Below the pieces are notes generated by a model. The model searched no databases. It had not been told where the DNA came from and saw nothing but the letters and a program-made list of their open reading frames with translations. A program made the translations under genes and the position numbers. Shown one piece after another: positions 39,183 to 49,244 of a DNA stretch of 64,000 bases. Within the stretch, counting starts at the first letter, position 1. Every line of letters begins with the position of its first letter. Location of the stretch: assembly GCA_965206645.1 (NCBI GenBank), contig CBDBKE010000004.1, positions 1,184,001 through 1,248,000 on the forward strand. The letters run 5' to 3'. This stretch comes from Terriglobia bacterium. Its GTDB lineage: Bacteria > Acidobacteriota > Terriglobia > JAJPHL01 > JAPKYU01.

Positions 39183-41777
39183 ATGCGCAGCTTTTTCTCC
39201 TTGCCGCGACCGCTACTAGTGGGGCTGGCGACGCTCTTTGCTGCCGCCACCATCCTCTACAGCGCCATCTGGATGTACCACATTCGCCGGGAGCCCCTCA
39301 GCCTAGCAGGAGCGCAACTAGGCTTCGATTTTGAGAACCGGCCGTCCATACCTTCTCTTCTGATTACACGCGTTGATCCGGGCAGCGCTGCCGAGCAAGC
39401 GGGATTGCGGCCTGACGATCAGATTTTGTCTGTCAACGGCCACCGGCTTGACACGCTCGTTCCGTTCTTCGCAGCAATGGTTCGGGGCCAGCCGGGCGAT
39501 GTGGTGCAGTTGATCATCGAGCGTCCCGGGGCGGCTGCGCCGTTACCCTTACGGGTCGTATTCGCACCTCTGCCGATACAACGCCAGGAGAGGCCGTTCG
39601 CACAGAAGCTGGCCATTGAGATTATTCACTCCTTTCCCGTCCTGTTCTTGGTCGTGGGCTTGCCGGTGTTGTTCTTGCGGCTCGAGGACCGCAACGCGTG
39701 GTTGCTGGCGCTGGTCTTTGCCGGCTTCATTGCCATGGCACCGCTGCCGCCAATCCATCCGACCCTGCGGGGGTTTGCGCTCGCTTATCACGTCGCGTTT
39801 TCGGGATTGGGCTTGGCGTTCTGCTACTACTTCTTTGCCGTATTCCCTGTTTCGTCGCCGCTGGACCGCCGCGTGCCGTGGTTGAAGTCGGTGCTGCTGG
39901 CGCTAATTGCGGCCTTGGCCCTGCCGTTGGCGTTGTGGGCACTTGTGGCAGGTAGTTTCGAACCCCTTTTGAGAGTGGCTAACCAAGTGGGAAAGATTTT
40001 CCCGCTGTCCGTGATGTTCGTAGCCACCCTGGGGATCTACGGGCTGGGCTTGGTGTCGCTGGTGTTGAACGCGCTCCAGGCGCCAACAGCCGAGGCACGT
40101 CGCAAGACCCGCGTGATCCTCTGGGGCACACTGGCCGGTTTGACGCCGGGTTTACTGTTGCTGGCGGCAGCATTTTCCTTCGGGAAGCACGCCCATACCT
40201 TTCCCTTTTGGGTGTGGGCGCCAACGGCGTTGGCCCTGCTGTTGCTCCCACTATCTTTTGGCTACGCGGTAGTGAAATACCGGGTTCTGGAAATTCCCGT
40301 ACTCCTGAAGAGAAGCGCCCGCTATCTGCTGGTGCAGCGCGGGTTTGTGCTTCTGGAATTGCTGCTGGGCGTGGGGGTGACGCTCGCTTTCGTGGCCTTG
40401 TTCTCCCGCTTTTTCCAGGCGCATTCGCAAACCGCCATTCCCGTCGGGCTGCTGCTCGGCGTTGGATTCGGCCTCCTGCTGGCGTCGGCACGAACGCAGG
40501 TAGAACAGCGGATCACCAAGCGCATTGACCGGGCCTTCTTCCGCAACGCCTACGACACCAGCCGGATACTCGAGGACCTGGCCGTGAAAACGCGGCAGGC
40601 CAGCAGCCGTCAAGAGCTGGCGGCACTGCTGGAACGCCAACTCAACCAGGCGCTTCACCCGACCTCCCTGGTTGTGTACATGCTGACCAGCCGAGAACAC
40701 CTGGGCGCTGCCTCTGGCACTGTCCCCGAGGAACTCCGCTCCATTTCGGCCGCCCTGCCGCCTCTGCCCGAAGTCGCCCGCCGCGGCCAACCTTGGGACG
40801 TGCCTCCGCCGGAATCAGAGAAGACTGCCGACTTGGGAGCGCTGGCCTCACTTCAGCCCGACTGCCTGGTGCCCATGGTAGGCCGCGATGGCCGGCTCCT
40901 GGGCCTCCTGGTGCTAGGAAAGCGACTTTCCGAGGAACCCTACGCGGGGGAGGACAGGCGATTGCTGGCCTCGGCAGCCGGCCACGCTGGCTCCGCCCTG
41001 GAGAGCATTCTCTTTGCCGAGGAGATAGCCCAGCGAATGGAGGCCGAGCGGCGCAGGGGCTACGAGATGGAAATTGCCACCCGAGTCCAGGCCGGCCTGT
41101 TCCCGCAGCATGTGCCCGCGCTGAAGACGCTGGATTATGACGGGCGCTGCATTCAGGCGCGGGCGGTAGGCGGCGATTACTACGACTTCGTCGAGCTGGG
41201 GTCAGGCCGGGTGGGGCTGGTGCTGGCAGATATTGTCGGAAAGGGCATGGGCGCCGCCTTGCTGATGGCCAACCTGCAGGCCAACCTGCGCAACCAGTAC
41301 GCGGTGGCGATGGACGACCTGCCTCGGATGCTGCGATCCGTGAACCGGCTGTTCCACACCTCGTCTCCGGAGAGCAGCTTCGCTACTTTGTTCTTTGGAA
41401 TTTACGAAGATGCCACGCGCCGGTTGTGTTACGCCAACTGCGGTCACAACCCGCCGCTGCTGCTGCGCGCCGACGGCCGGGTGGAGTGGCTGGCGGCCAC
41501 CAGCACTGTGTTGGGACTCTTCCTCAAGTGGGAGCCCACGACCATTGAAGTGGAATTGGCTCCAAACGACATCCTGGTGGGTTTTTCCGACGGGCTGCCG
41601 GACGCCGAAACCGACGCCGGCGAGTCATTCGGGGAGGAGCGCCTGCTAGAGATCGTACAACGCCAGCGCCACCTGTCGGCTTCGGCACTGCTGGAGACCA
41701 TCGCCACCACCGTCGAGCAGTTCACTGGCCGCGAGCGGGAGGACGACCTGACGCTGCTGGTCGCCCGCGTCCGTTAA
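39183..41777 (+). CDS. Membrane PDZ-GAF-SpoIIE (PP2C/RsbU-type) phosphatase
   Basis: PDZ (VDPGSAAEQAGLRPDDQILSVNG), multiple TM helices, GAF-like region, VGGDYYD, LADIVGKG, NCGHNPP, SDG, DDLT. Confidence 0.9.
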   Translation: MRSFFSLPRPLLVGLATLFAAATILYSAIWMYHIRREPLSLAGAQLGFDFENRPSIPSLLITRVDPGSAAEQAGLRPDDQILSVNGHRLDTLVPFFAAMVRGQPGDVVQLIIERPGAAAPLPLRVVFAPLPIQRQERPFAQKLAIEIIHSFPVLFLVVGLPVLFLRLEDRNAWLLALVFAGFIAMAPLPPIHPTLRGFALAYHVAFSGLGLAFCYYFFAVFPVSSPLDRRVPWLKSVLLALIAALALPLALWALVAGSFEPLLRVANQVGKIFPLSVMFVATLGIYGLGLVSLVLNALQAPTAEARRKTRVILWGTLAGLTPGLLLLAAAFSFGKHAHTFPFWVWAPTALALLLLPLSFGYAVVKYRVLEIPVLLKRSARYLLVQRGFVLLELLLGVGVTLAFVALFSRFFQAHSQTAIPVGLLLGVGFGLLLASARTQVEQRITKRIDRAFFRNAYDTSRILEDLAVKTRQASSRQELAALLERQLNQALHPTSLVVYMLTSREHLGAASGTVPEELRSISAALPPLPEVARRGQPWDVPPPESEKTADLGALASLQPDCLVPMVGRDGRLLGLLVLGKRLSEEPYAGEDRRLLASAAGHAGSALESILFAEEIAQRMEAERRRGYEMEIATRVQAGLFPQHVPALKTLDYDGRCIQARAVGGDYYDFVELGSGRVGLVLADIVGKGMGAALLMANLQANLRNQYAVAMDDLPRMLRSVNRLFHTSSPESSFATLFFGIYEDATRRLCYANCGHNPPLLLRADGRVEWLAATSTVLGLFLKWEPTTIEVELAPNDILVGFSDGLPDAETDAGESFGEERLLEIVQRQRHLSASALLETIATTVEQFTGREREDDLTLLVARVR

Positions 41778-41782
41778 GAGTA

Positions 41783-41837
41783 GTAGCGGCAGGCTTCAGC
41801 CTGCCAAGACCCATGGCGGCCTAAAGGCCGCCGCTAC
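41783..41837. repeat. Inverted REP doublet (GTAG type), possible bidirectional terminator
   Basis: GTAGCGGCAGGCTTCAGCCTGCC ... GGCGGCCTAAAGGCCGCCGCTAC between convergent genes. Confidence 0.75.
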
Positions 41838-41866
41838 GACAGCTCCTGCGGAACCGAAGTGGCTTC

Positions 41867-42721
41867 TCAGCGGCGGTCGGGGTTAACTACGATTTGGCGC
41901 TCATAGCGCAAATCCACCGAGTGGATTCTCTTGAATTGCAGGCGCCACTGGCGGATGTGGGCCAGGTAGCTGCGGTAGCGGGAGAGGAAATTGGTGTTGC
42001 CCATATGCAGCAGGACGGCGTCGGAGCCGTCTCGATCGGCGACGGTGACCCGCGCGTCCTCCGGGTCACTCAGATCCACTTCGGAAATGTCCAGGCTGTG
42101 GCGGCCGCCGTCGCGGTCGAGGTCGTCGATCAGAGTCAGATAGAGGCCCATGCGCTCGCGGCGAACCTCCAGGGAGTCCTGTTCGGAGAAGCCGGTCAGG
42201 ACAGGAAACGTATAGTTGGCGCGCTCTGGTCGTTCCAGGATGACTCCAGCAGCGTCCACCATTGCCAGCCCGCTCGCTGTGCGCAGAAAGGCGACCGGGG
42301 TCCGCTCCCGAACCCCCACGCGAAGACGGTTGGGCCAGTCGCGGGCTACCGCCGCCGATTCCACCCAGGAGATTTCCTCCAGCATGGCCCGCCGGCGGGC
42401 CAGTGGCACCAGGAAGATGCTACGCCCCACGTCGCCGGCAAACTTTTCGGCCACCTGCCGGCGGGCAACGTGATTCAACCCTCTCACCTGCAGCCGGCCT
42501 TCGGAAAGTAGGAAGCGCGGATCCTGCAGGCCGAAGGTCAGCGAACGATAAGCCACGAAGGAAAGCGCTGCCAGCACCGCTCCAACAAACACAAGCTTCT
42601 TCAGCAGCGCGGCTGCGCGGCGACTCAGTATGCCGCGCCGCACCTCAATCCGCTTCTGTCGGCGCAGGTAAGAAGGCTCTTCGAGTTCCAACAGGCTGTG
42701 GTCCCGATCCTCAGTATCCAT
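41867..42721 (-). CDS. ftsQ: Cell division protein FtsQ
   Basis: TM helix, POTRA region (WVESAAVARDWPNRLRV.VRERTPVA), VDLRYERQIVV; follows murC. Confidence 0.88.
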   Translation of the reverse strand: MDTEDRDHSLLELEEPSYLRRQKRIEVRRGILSRRAAALLKKLVFVGAVLAALSFVAYRSLTFGLQDPRFLLSEGRLQVRGLNHVARRQVAEKFAGDVGRSIFLVPLARRRAMLEEISWVESAAVARDWPNRLRVGVRERTPVAFLRTASGLAMVDAAGVILERPERANYTFPVLTGFSEQDSLEVRRERMGLYLTLIDDLDRDGGRHSLDISEVDLSDPEDARVTVADRDGSDAVLLHMGNTNFLSRYRSYLAHIRQWRLQFKRIHSVDLRYERQIVVNPDRR

Positions 42722-42856
42722 ATTCGGAGCAGTGCAAAGTCGCACTGCAAAGTCAAAGTTAGGAGCAGTCCACCGTCAAAGTTCAAAGCCCATCTAAGCC
42801 GTGACCTCCAGCTTCGGGCCCAAGCCCTCAGGTGTCCAACCGGGCAAGCGGTGCAC

Positions 42857-44233
42857 CTAATTTCTCCTTAATTTCTCCAGAATAGGCTCGGCCACCTGGT
42901 TCACATTGCCGGCCCCTAGCAGAATGACCGCATCCCCCTCCGTAGCCGTGCCCACGATTTTCTCCACCGCTGTGCACGTGTCCCGAACGTATTCTACCGC
43001 GCGGTGCCCCAATCGCCGGACCCTTTCCACCAGTAACTCCGCTGTCACCCCCTCGATCTCCGGCTCGCTGGCCGGATAGATGTCCAACACCCAGAGCTGG
43101 TCACTCTGGAAGAAGCAGCCGGCAAACTCCTCCAGCAGGAATTTGGTGCGGGTGTAGCGGTGCGGCTGGAACAGCACCAGGACACGGCGGAAGCCGCAGT
43201 CCCGCGCGGCGCTGAGCGTGGCGCGGATTTCCGTGGGGTGGTGCCCATAGTCATCAATCACGGTCACGCCGTTAGCCTTCCCGCGCACTTGGAAGCGGCG
43301 GTCGACACCCGCAAAGGCGGCCAGCCCTTCGGCAATCAAGGGCGGGGCGACCCCTAGTTCCAGTGCGATCAGCACAGCGGCCATGGCGTTGGAAACGTTA
43401 TGGTGGCCAGGAATATTCAGAGTGAACCGGCCCAGATCGCTTCCGCGGAATCTCAGCCGGAACTGGCTGCGGAATGGGCTGCAGCAAATCTCTTTGGCTG
43501 CCAGATTGGCTTGCTGAGTGGTGCCGTATGTGAGCAGGCGCTTGTTCAGGCGCGGCAGAACGGCCTGGATGTTGCGCTCATCCAGGGCCAGCACGACCGC
43601 GCCATAGAAAGGCACACGCTGAGCAAACTGCACATAGGCGTCCTGAATGGCGGACAGATCGGCGTAATGTTCCAGGTGCTCGCGGTCAATGTTGGTGATC
43701 ACCGCCAGGATGGGCGCCAGGTGGAGAAATGAGCCGTCGCTTTCGTCCGACTCGACCACCATGAGGTCCCCGGATCCCAGTCGGGCGTTGCTGCCGATAG
43801 CGTTGACTCGCCCGCCCGCCACCACCGTGGGGTCCAGCCCAGCGTGCTGGAGTATGGCCGCGATCATCGAGGTGGTGGTGGTCTTGCCGTGCGAGCCGGC
43901 CACGGCCACGCCGTACTTCAGGCGCATCAGTTCCGCCAGCATCTCCCCGCGTGGGATCAGCGGGATTTGCAGCCGGCGCGCTTCCAGGACTTCCGCGTTG
44001 CTGGGCGGCACGGCCGAGCTTGTGACCACCAGGTCGGCGCCGTGCACCTGCTCGGCGCGGTGCCCCTCGAACACGCGCGCGCCCAGCTTCTCCAGGCGGT
44101 CGGTAACCCCCGACCGCCGCAGGTCAGAGCCGCTGATCCGGTAAGGTCCCAGCGACAATAGAATTTCGGCGATGCCGCTCATGCCGATCCCGCCGATCCC
44201 GATGAAGTGAATCCGTTGCGCCTTAAGGAACAT
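42857..44233 (-). CDS. murC: UDP-N-acetylmuramate--L-alanine ligase
   Basis: IHFIGIGGIGMSG, GSHGKTTT, ESDESD, DDYGHHPTE, FQPHRYTRT. Confidence 0.97.
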   Translation of the reverse strand: MFLKAQRIHFIGIGGIGMSGIAEILLSLGPYRISGSDLRRSGVTDRLEKLGARVFEGHRAEQVHGADLVVTSSAVPPSNAEVLEARRLQIPLIPRGEMLAELMRLKYGVAVAGSHGKTTTTSMIAAILQHAGLDPTVVAGGRVNAIGSNARLGSGDLMVVESDESDGSFLHLAPILAVITNIDREHLEHYADLSAIQDAYVQFAQRVPFYGAVVLALDERNIQAVLPRLNKRLLTYGTTQQANLAAKEICCSPFRSQFRLRFRGSDLGRFTLNIPGHHNVSNAMAAVLIALELGVAPPLIAEGLAAFAGVDRRFQVRGKANGVTVIDDYGHHPTEIRATLSAARDCGFRRVLVLFQPHRYTRTKFLLEEFAGCFFQSDQLWVLDIYPASEPEIEGVTAELLVERVRRLGHRAVEYVRDTCTAVEKIVGTATEGDAVILLGAGNVNQVAEPILEKLRRN

Positions 44234-45344
44234 GCAAGGCTACCCTTTCCAACACGTCCACGGTTCTAGCCGCGGCGCCCGGTTGACCTCGCGCGCGCGA
44301 ATTTTGTTCCATCTCGCCCAGGCGGGGCATCAGCTCGCACACATGGGCAAATAACCGTTGCCCGTCGAGTTCTCTGTCTGGCAGAACACGGGCCGCGCCA
44401 CTCCGCTCCAGCGCCCGCGCATTCTGCAGTTGGTGGTCGTCTGCGGCGAAGGGGAAAGGAACCAGGATGGCCGCCTTGCCCGCGGCGGTGATCTCGGCCA
44501 CGGTGCTCGCGCCGGCGCGACACACCAGCAAATCGGCGCGAGCAAACGCGGCAGGCATGTCCTCAACAAACGGCAAAACCTCTGCCTGACAGGCCAGCCC
44601 GTTCCGGGCGAAGGACGCTTGGACATCGGGATAGTCCTTCTCACCGGTCTGGTGGATGAAAAAAAGAGAGCTATTTTTGCTAGAGCCCTCCAGGCCCCCA
44701 GGGACAGCAGGGGAGGCCTGTCCCCACTGAGCAAACAGCGGCAGGCTATCCATCACGGCGCGGTTGATGCGGTGCGCGCCCTGGCTGCCCCCGAAGATCA
44801 GGATGGTGAATGGCGGCTGGTGGGTTTTCGGCGGCACGCCGAAGAACTCGGCCCGCACCGGCACCCCTACGATTTCCACACGACTGGCGGGGAAGAAGCG
44901 CTGAGTTTCGACGAACGTTACCAGTGCCCGCGAGACAAACGGCGCAATGGCCCGGTTGGCAAGGCCGGGCACAGCGTTGGGTTCGTGTATCACCACGGGG
45001 ATGTTCCTCATCGCCGCCATCAGCAAGACCGGCCCGGAGGCATAACCGCCAAGACCGTAAGCCACCTGAGGCTGAAAGGCATCCAGGACGCGTCCTGCCT
45101 GCCAAAAGCTGTAGGGTAGGCGAAGCAGCGTGGTAGCGGCCTTCCCAGCACCGACCCTGTTCAGAGCACCCACCTCAATCGTTTCCAGGGGAAGGCCGTA
45201 GCGGGCAGCTAGGCGCGCTTCCAGCCCGCCTCGGGTGCCCACCAGCAGCGGGACCTCGTGTCCGCGCCGCCGTAGCTCGCCCGCCACCGCCAGCGCCGGA
45301 ACCAAGTGGCCCCCGGTGCCTCCCCCTGCGATGATCACCCGCAT
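44223..45344 (-). CDS. murG: Lipid II N-acetylglucosaminyltransferase
   Basis: GGGTGGH, GGYAS, HEPN, GGSQGA, RAGAST.AE, DHQ..NA. Confidence 0.97.
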   Translation of the reverse strand: MRVIIAGGGTGGHLVPALAVAGELRRRGHEVPLLVGTRGGLEARLAARYGLPLETIEVGALNRVGAGKAATTLLRLPYSFWQAGRVLDAFQPQVAYGLGGYASGPVLLMAAMRNIPVVIHEPNAVPGLANRAIAPFVSRALVTFVETQRFFPASRVEIVGVPVRAEFFGVPPKTHQPPFTILIFGGSQGAHRINRAVMDSLPLFAQWGQASPAVPGGLEGSSKNSSLFFIHQTGEKDYPDVQASFARNGLACQAEVLPFVEDMPAAFARADLLVCRAGASTVAEITAAGKAAILVPFPFAADDHQLQNARALERSGAARVLPDRELDGQRLFAHVCELMPRLGEMEQNSRARGQPGAAARTVDVLERVALHVP

Positions 45345-45393
45345 CTAAGTCCAGCCCCGTAGCGCCCCGCTTCTTCTGAATTCCACGCGGCAT

Positions 45394-46485
45394 TCATTCG
45401 GTGTGCTGCGTCACGTTCAGCAGCAGGCCTATGGAAAGCAGGCTGAACAGCAGCGAGCTGCCCCCGTAGGAAATGAACGGGAGCGGGATGCCTTTGGTGG
45501 GCATCATGCCCAACACCATACTGATGTTGACCAGTGCCTGGCCCACGATCATGATGGTGAGGCCGGCGGCCAGGTAGCGCCCGAACAGATCCGGGGCGCG
45601 CAGCGAAGCCCGCAGCCCGCGCCAAAGCAGCACGCCAAAGCCAGCGACCAGGGCGAGCGCCCCCAGCAGACCCAGTTCCTCGGCGGCCACGGCGAAGATA
45701 AAGTCTGTGTGGGGGGCCGGCAGGTAAAACAGCTTCTGGCGTCCTTCCATCAAGCCCAGGCCGGTCAAGCCGCCAGTGCCCACGGCAATCAGCGACTGAA
45801 TCACCTGGAAGCCCTTGCCCTGCGGGTCGGCGTAGGGGTCCAGGAAGCCCGCGATGCGGTTCTGGCGGTAGGGCACGCGCCAGATTAGCAGGTAGAAGGC
45901 GGGGATAGCCGCCAGGGCCAAGGCAGCAAAGTAACGGAGGCGCAAGCCAGCCAGGAAGAACAGGCCGCTGGCAGTGAGCAGGATGGCGACTGCAGTTCCC
46001 AGGTCCGGTTCCTTCAAGATGAGCACCACAGCTGCGCCCACTACCAGGCCGGCTGGCAGCAGCGTATATAGCAGGTCGTTCACCGACGGACTGCGTCGCT
46101 CCAAAAGCCAGGCCAGAAACAGCACCAGTACGGGTTTGGACAGCTCCGACGGCTGGAAGGAAAACGCGCCCCAGCGGAACCACCGGTGCGTGCTGTGCGA
46201 GCTGTCAAACAGCAGCACGACAACTAGCAACGCCAGCGTCACCGCGAGGGAAAAGAAGATGAAGGCCGGGTGGCGGTAGTAGCGGTAGTCGATGCGCATC
46301 ACCGCCAACATGGCGACCAGGCCGACGGCGGCCCAGGCCAGTTGCCGCGCCAGAAACATGTAGGCGTTGCCAAACCGGTCATTCGAGAGCACGGCCGAAG
46401 CGCTGAACACCATCACCAGCCCAAACACCACCAGAGCCAGCGTGGTGACGAACAGAATGCGGTCGGACTGAAGGCGCTTCGCCAT
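45394..46485 (-). CDS. ftsW: SEDS peptidoglycan glycosyltransferase FtsW
   Basis: FQPSELSK, EPDLG, LPAPHTDFIF...EELG, P.KGIPLPFISYGGSS. Confidence 0.96.
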   Translation of the reverse strand: MAKRLQSDRILFVTTLALVVFGLVMVFSASAVLSNDRFGNAYMFLARQLAWAAVGLVAMLAVMRIDYRYYRHPAFIFFSLAVTLALLVVVLLFDSSHSTHRWFRWGAFSFQPSELSKPVLVLFLAWLLERRSPSVNDLLYTLLPAGLVVGAAVVLILKEPDLGTAVAILLTASGLFFLAGLRLRYFAALALAAIPAFYLLIWRVPYRQNRIAGFLDPYADPQGKGFQVIQSLIAVGTGGLTGLGLMEGRQKLFYLPAPHTDFIFAVAAEELGLLGALALVAGFGVLLWRGLRASLRAPDLFGRYLAAGLTIMIVGQALVNISMVLGMMPTKGIPLPFISYGGSSLLFSLLSIGLLLNVTQHTE

Positions 46486-46561
46486 CTTTATCTAGGGCCT
46501 CGCTCCTACCAGGCGGTGAAGACCTGCAGGTCCGTCGCCACCCAAAAACCGCCGAGTCATT

Positions 46562-48010
46562 TCAAGACCTCCGGGGCGCGCTGGCGGGCTGTTCAGCCAA
46601 TTTCTCTACCAGCTGTTTGAACACCCGGCCGCGGTGCTCGTAGTTTTCAAATTGGTCGAAGCTGGCGCAGGCCGGCGCCAACAACACTACGTCGCGGGGC
46701 CGGGCACGCCGTGCGGCTTCCGGCACCGCAACCTCCATGGTGCCGGCGCGCACCACTGGGACAGCTTCCCCGAGCTGGAACGCGATTTTATCGGCGGCGC
46801 TACCAATCAGCAGCGCGCATCGCGCCTTCTGTGCCAGTAGCGGCTGCAAGAGCGTGTAGTCGCTTCCCTTATCCAGGCCGCCCAGGATCACCCATAATCG
46901 TCCCGGGAAGGCCTCCAGGGCCTTGATGGTGGCATCCACGTTGGTGGCTTTCGAATCATTGTAAAACTCAACGCCGTTAACGGTGGCTACGTATTCCAGA
47001 CGGTGTTCGACGGCGCGGAATGCGCGCACTCCGGCGCGAATCATCCGAGGATCCGCGCCAAGCAGTGTCGCCGCACAGACCGCGGCCAGGACGTTCTCCA
47101 CGTTGTGAGCGCCCTTCAGCGGAATCTCCTCCACCCCAAACAGAGTGTAGGACGGTGCTGGAGGGGCATCCTTCCCTTCCGTTTCACTTTGGGGATGCAC
47201 TGACCTCCCCGGAGGGGAAACACCGCTTGCCCCACTGAACACGATGTCGCCATCCTCAACGAAAGCGCCCGCCTCCACCGTATGAGTTCGGCTGAACCAG
47301 CTCACCCGGGCACGGGTCCGCGCAGCATAGCTCCGACAGCAGGCGTTATCGGCGTTCAGAACCGCGAAATCTTCCTCGGTTTGGTTGAGGAAAATGCGAG
47401 CCTTGGCTTCAGCGTAACTCTCGAACGAGCAGTGGCGGTCCAGGTGGTCCGGGGTCACGTTTAAGACCACAGAAAGCGCAGGGCGAAACTGATCTATCGT
47501 CTCCAGCTGGAAGCTGGACACCTCGACCACGTGGACGCTCTCCGGCCGGGAGGTTTCCACCAGCGAACTCAGCGGTCGGCCGATGTTGCCACCCACTTGG
47601 ACGGTGAAGCCCGCAGTCTCCAGGATGTTGCCCAGCAGTGTCGTGGTCGTTGTTTTCCCATTGGAGCCGGTGATCGCAACCATTCGCCCCTGAAGAAAGC
47701 GAGATGCCAACTCCATTTCGCCAATCACAGGCATTCCGGTGGCCCGTGCCTCCGCGAGCTCAGCCAGCTCGGTGGAGACACCGGGGCTCACCACCACCAG
47801 ATCCTGTTCCAGGAAGATCCGCTTGCTGTGTCCGCCGGTCTCCAACTTCACGCCAAGTTCGTGTGCCAACTGCCGAGCTTCGGGCAGCTCCTCCGCTGGC
47901 CGCCGGTCAGAGAGAGTCACATGGGCCCCGCGAGTCAGCAGGAAGCGCGCAGCGGCAACTCCACTAAGCGCGGCTCCAACGACCAACACCCGCCGCCCTG
48001 CGATTTGCAC
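46562..48010 (-). CDS. murD: UDP-N-acetylmuramoyl-L-alanine--D-glutamate ligase
   Basis: GSNGKTTT, GGNIG, EVSSFQ, DHLDRH, NDSKATN, PACASFDQF. Confidence 0.97.
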   Translation of the reverse strand: MQIAGRRVLVVGAALSGVAAARFLLTRGAHVTLSDRRPAEELPEARQLAHELGVKLETGGHSKRIFLEQDLVVVSPGVSTELAELAEARATGMPVIGEMELASRFLQGRMVAITGSNGKTTTTTLLGNILETAGFTVQVGGNIGRPLSSLVETSRPESVHVVEVSSFQLETIDQFRPALSVVLNVTPDHLDRHCSFESYAEAKARIFLNQTEEDFAVLNADNACCRSYAARTRARVSWFSRTHTVEAGAFVEDGDIVFSGASGVSPPGRSVHPQSETEGKDAPPAPSYTLFGVEEIPLKGAHNVENVLAAVCAATLLGADPRMIRAGVRAFRAVEHRLEYVATVNGVEFYNDSKATNVDATIKALEAFPGRLWVILGGLDKGSDYTLLQPLLAQKARCALLIGSAADKIAFQLGEAVPVVRAGTMEVAVPEAARRARPRDVVLLAPACASFDQFENYEHRGRVFKQLVEKLAEQPASAPRRS

Positions 48011-48012
48011 GG

Positions 48013-49146
48013 TTACCTCAGCTTCAACGTGGTGAGAGCAAACAAGGCCAGCAACAGGCCTGTGATCCAGAAACGAATGATGATCTTGGACTCCCGCCAG
48101 CCGATCAGCTCGAAGTGGTGATGCAGCGGCGCCATCTTGAAGATTCGCTTCCCGCGCAACTTGTAGGAGCCCACCTGAAGGATCACCGAGAGTGCCTCGA
48201 CCACGAACACGCCGCCAATCAGCGGCAACAACAGTTCCTGCTTAATGATGACGGCGATGGTACCGATGGCTCCACCCAGCGCCAGCGAGCCCACGTCGCC
48301 CATGAAAATCTCTGCCGGGTGGGCGTTGTACCAGAGAAAGCCCAGGCAGGCGCCGCCCAGCGCCGCGCAGAAAATGGTGATCTCGGCCACGCCCGGCAAG
48401 AAATCGATCTCCAGGTAGCGGGCGAAGACCGCGTGCCCGGTCAGATAGGCCAGCGCGGTCAGTGCCCCGGCGGCGATGATGGTTAGCCCTACCGCCAGGC
48501 CGTCCAGCCCGTCGGTCAGGTTCACGGCATTGCTGGACCCCACAATGACCAGCACCACAAAGAGGGCAAAAAAGGAAACCGCCAACGGGTAGGTGTAATA
48601 GTTGGCAAGCAAGCTGTGAATCAACAGGTCGGGCCGGAGGTTCTTGAAAAACGGAACCATCAAGTGTGTGGAGTATTGCCCCTTGGCCGTCAGCACTAGC
48701 AAGAACACAGCCACCAGGAGGCTGGCGAGCACCTGGAGGGAGAACTTGGTCCGTGCCATCAGACCCTTGTTCTGGCGCCCGCGAATCTTCAGGTAATCAT
48801 CGAGAAACCCGATCAGGCCGAAGCTCGCCACCGAGAACATCACGATCCAGACGTAGACGTTACTGAGGTCGGACCAGAGCAGCGTGGGCACCAGACAGGA
48901 GATGAGAATCAGTACGCCGCCCATCGTGGGCGTGCCGGCCTTGAGTTGGTGTCCATGCGGGCCATCCTCGCGGATGAACTGGCCGATCTGGAACTCGCGG
49001 AGCCGGCGGATCAGCCACGGGCCCAGAATGATGCACAGCAGCAGGGCGGTGACGCCGGCGAAGGCGGTCCGCAACGTCACGTAGCGGAAGACACGGAAGG
49101 GCGAGAAGTGTTCGTACAGGACTTGATAGAGGAGCCAGTAGAGCAT
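48013..49146 (-). CDS. mraY: Phospho-N-acetylmuramoyl-pentapeptide transferase
   Basis: KAGTPTMGG, GFLDD, NAVNLTDGLDG, FMGDVGS, MAPLHHHFE. Confidence 0.97.
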   Translation of the reverse strand: MLYWLLYQVLYEHFSPFRVFRYVTLRTAFAGVTALLLCIILGPWLIRRLREFQIGQFIREDGPHGHQLKAGTPTMGGVLILISCLVPTLLWSDLSNVYVWIVMFSVASFGLIGFLDDYLKIRGRQNKGLMARTKFSLQVLASLLVAVFLLVLTAKGQYSTHLMVPFFKNLRPDLLIHSLLANYYTYPLAVSFFALFVVLVIVGSSNAVNLTDGLDGLAVGLTIIAAGALTALAYLTGHAVFARYLEIDFLPGVAEITIFCAALGGACLGFLWYNAHPAEIFMGDVGSLALGGAIGTIAVIIKQELLLPLIGGVFVVEALSVILQVGSYKLRGKRIFKMAPLHHHFELIGWRESKIIIRFWITGLLLALFALTTLKLR

Positions 49147-49244
49147 TTCCGCAGCTATGAGTGAAGGCTGAAGAGCCCGGGGCCGAGGGGTTTGAGGATG
49201 GATCGTCGGTCGGACCGCTCATTCACTTATTCACCCATCATTCA

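Noticed and set aside
38900-39253. N-terminal extension of SPFH copy 2 in the ORF track
   Set aside because: RBS and the paralog place the start at 38899; the extension overlaps the divergent phosphatase gene.
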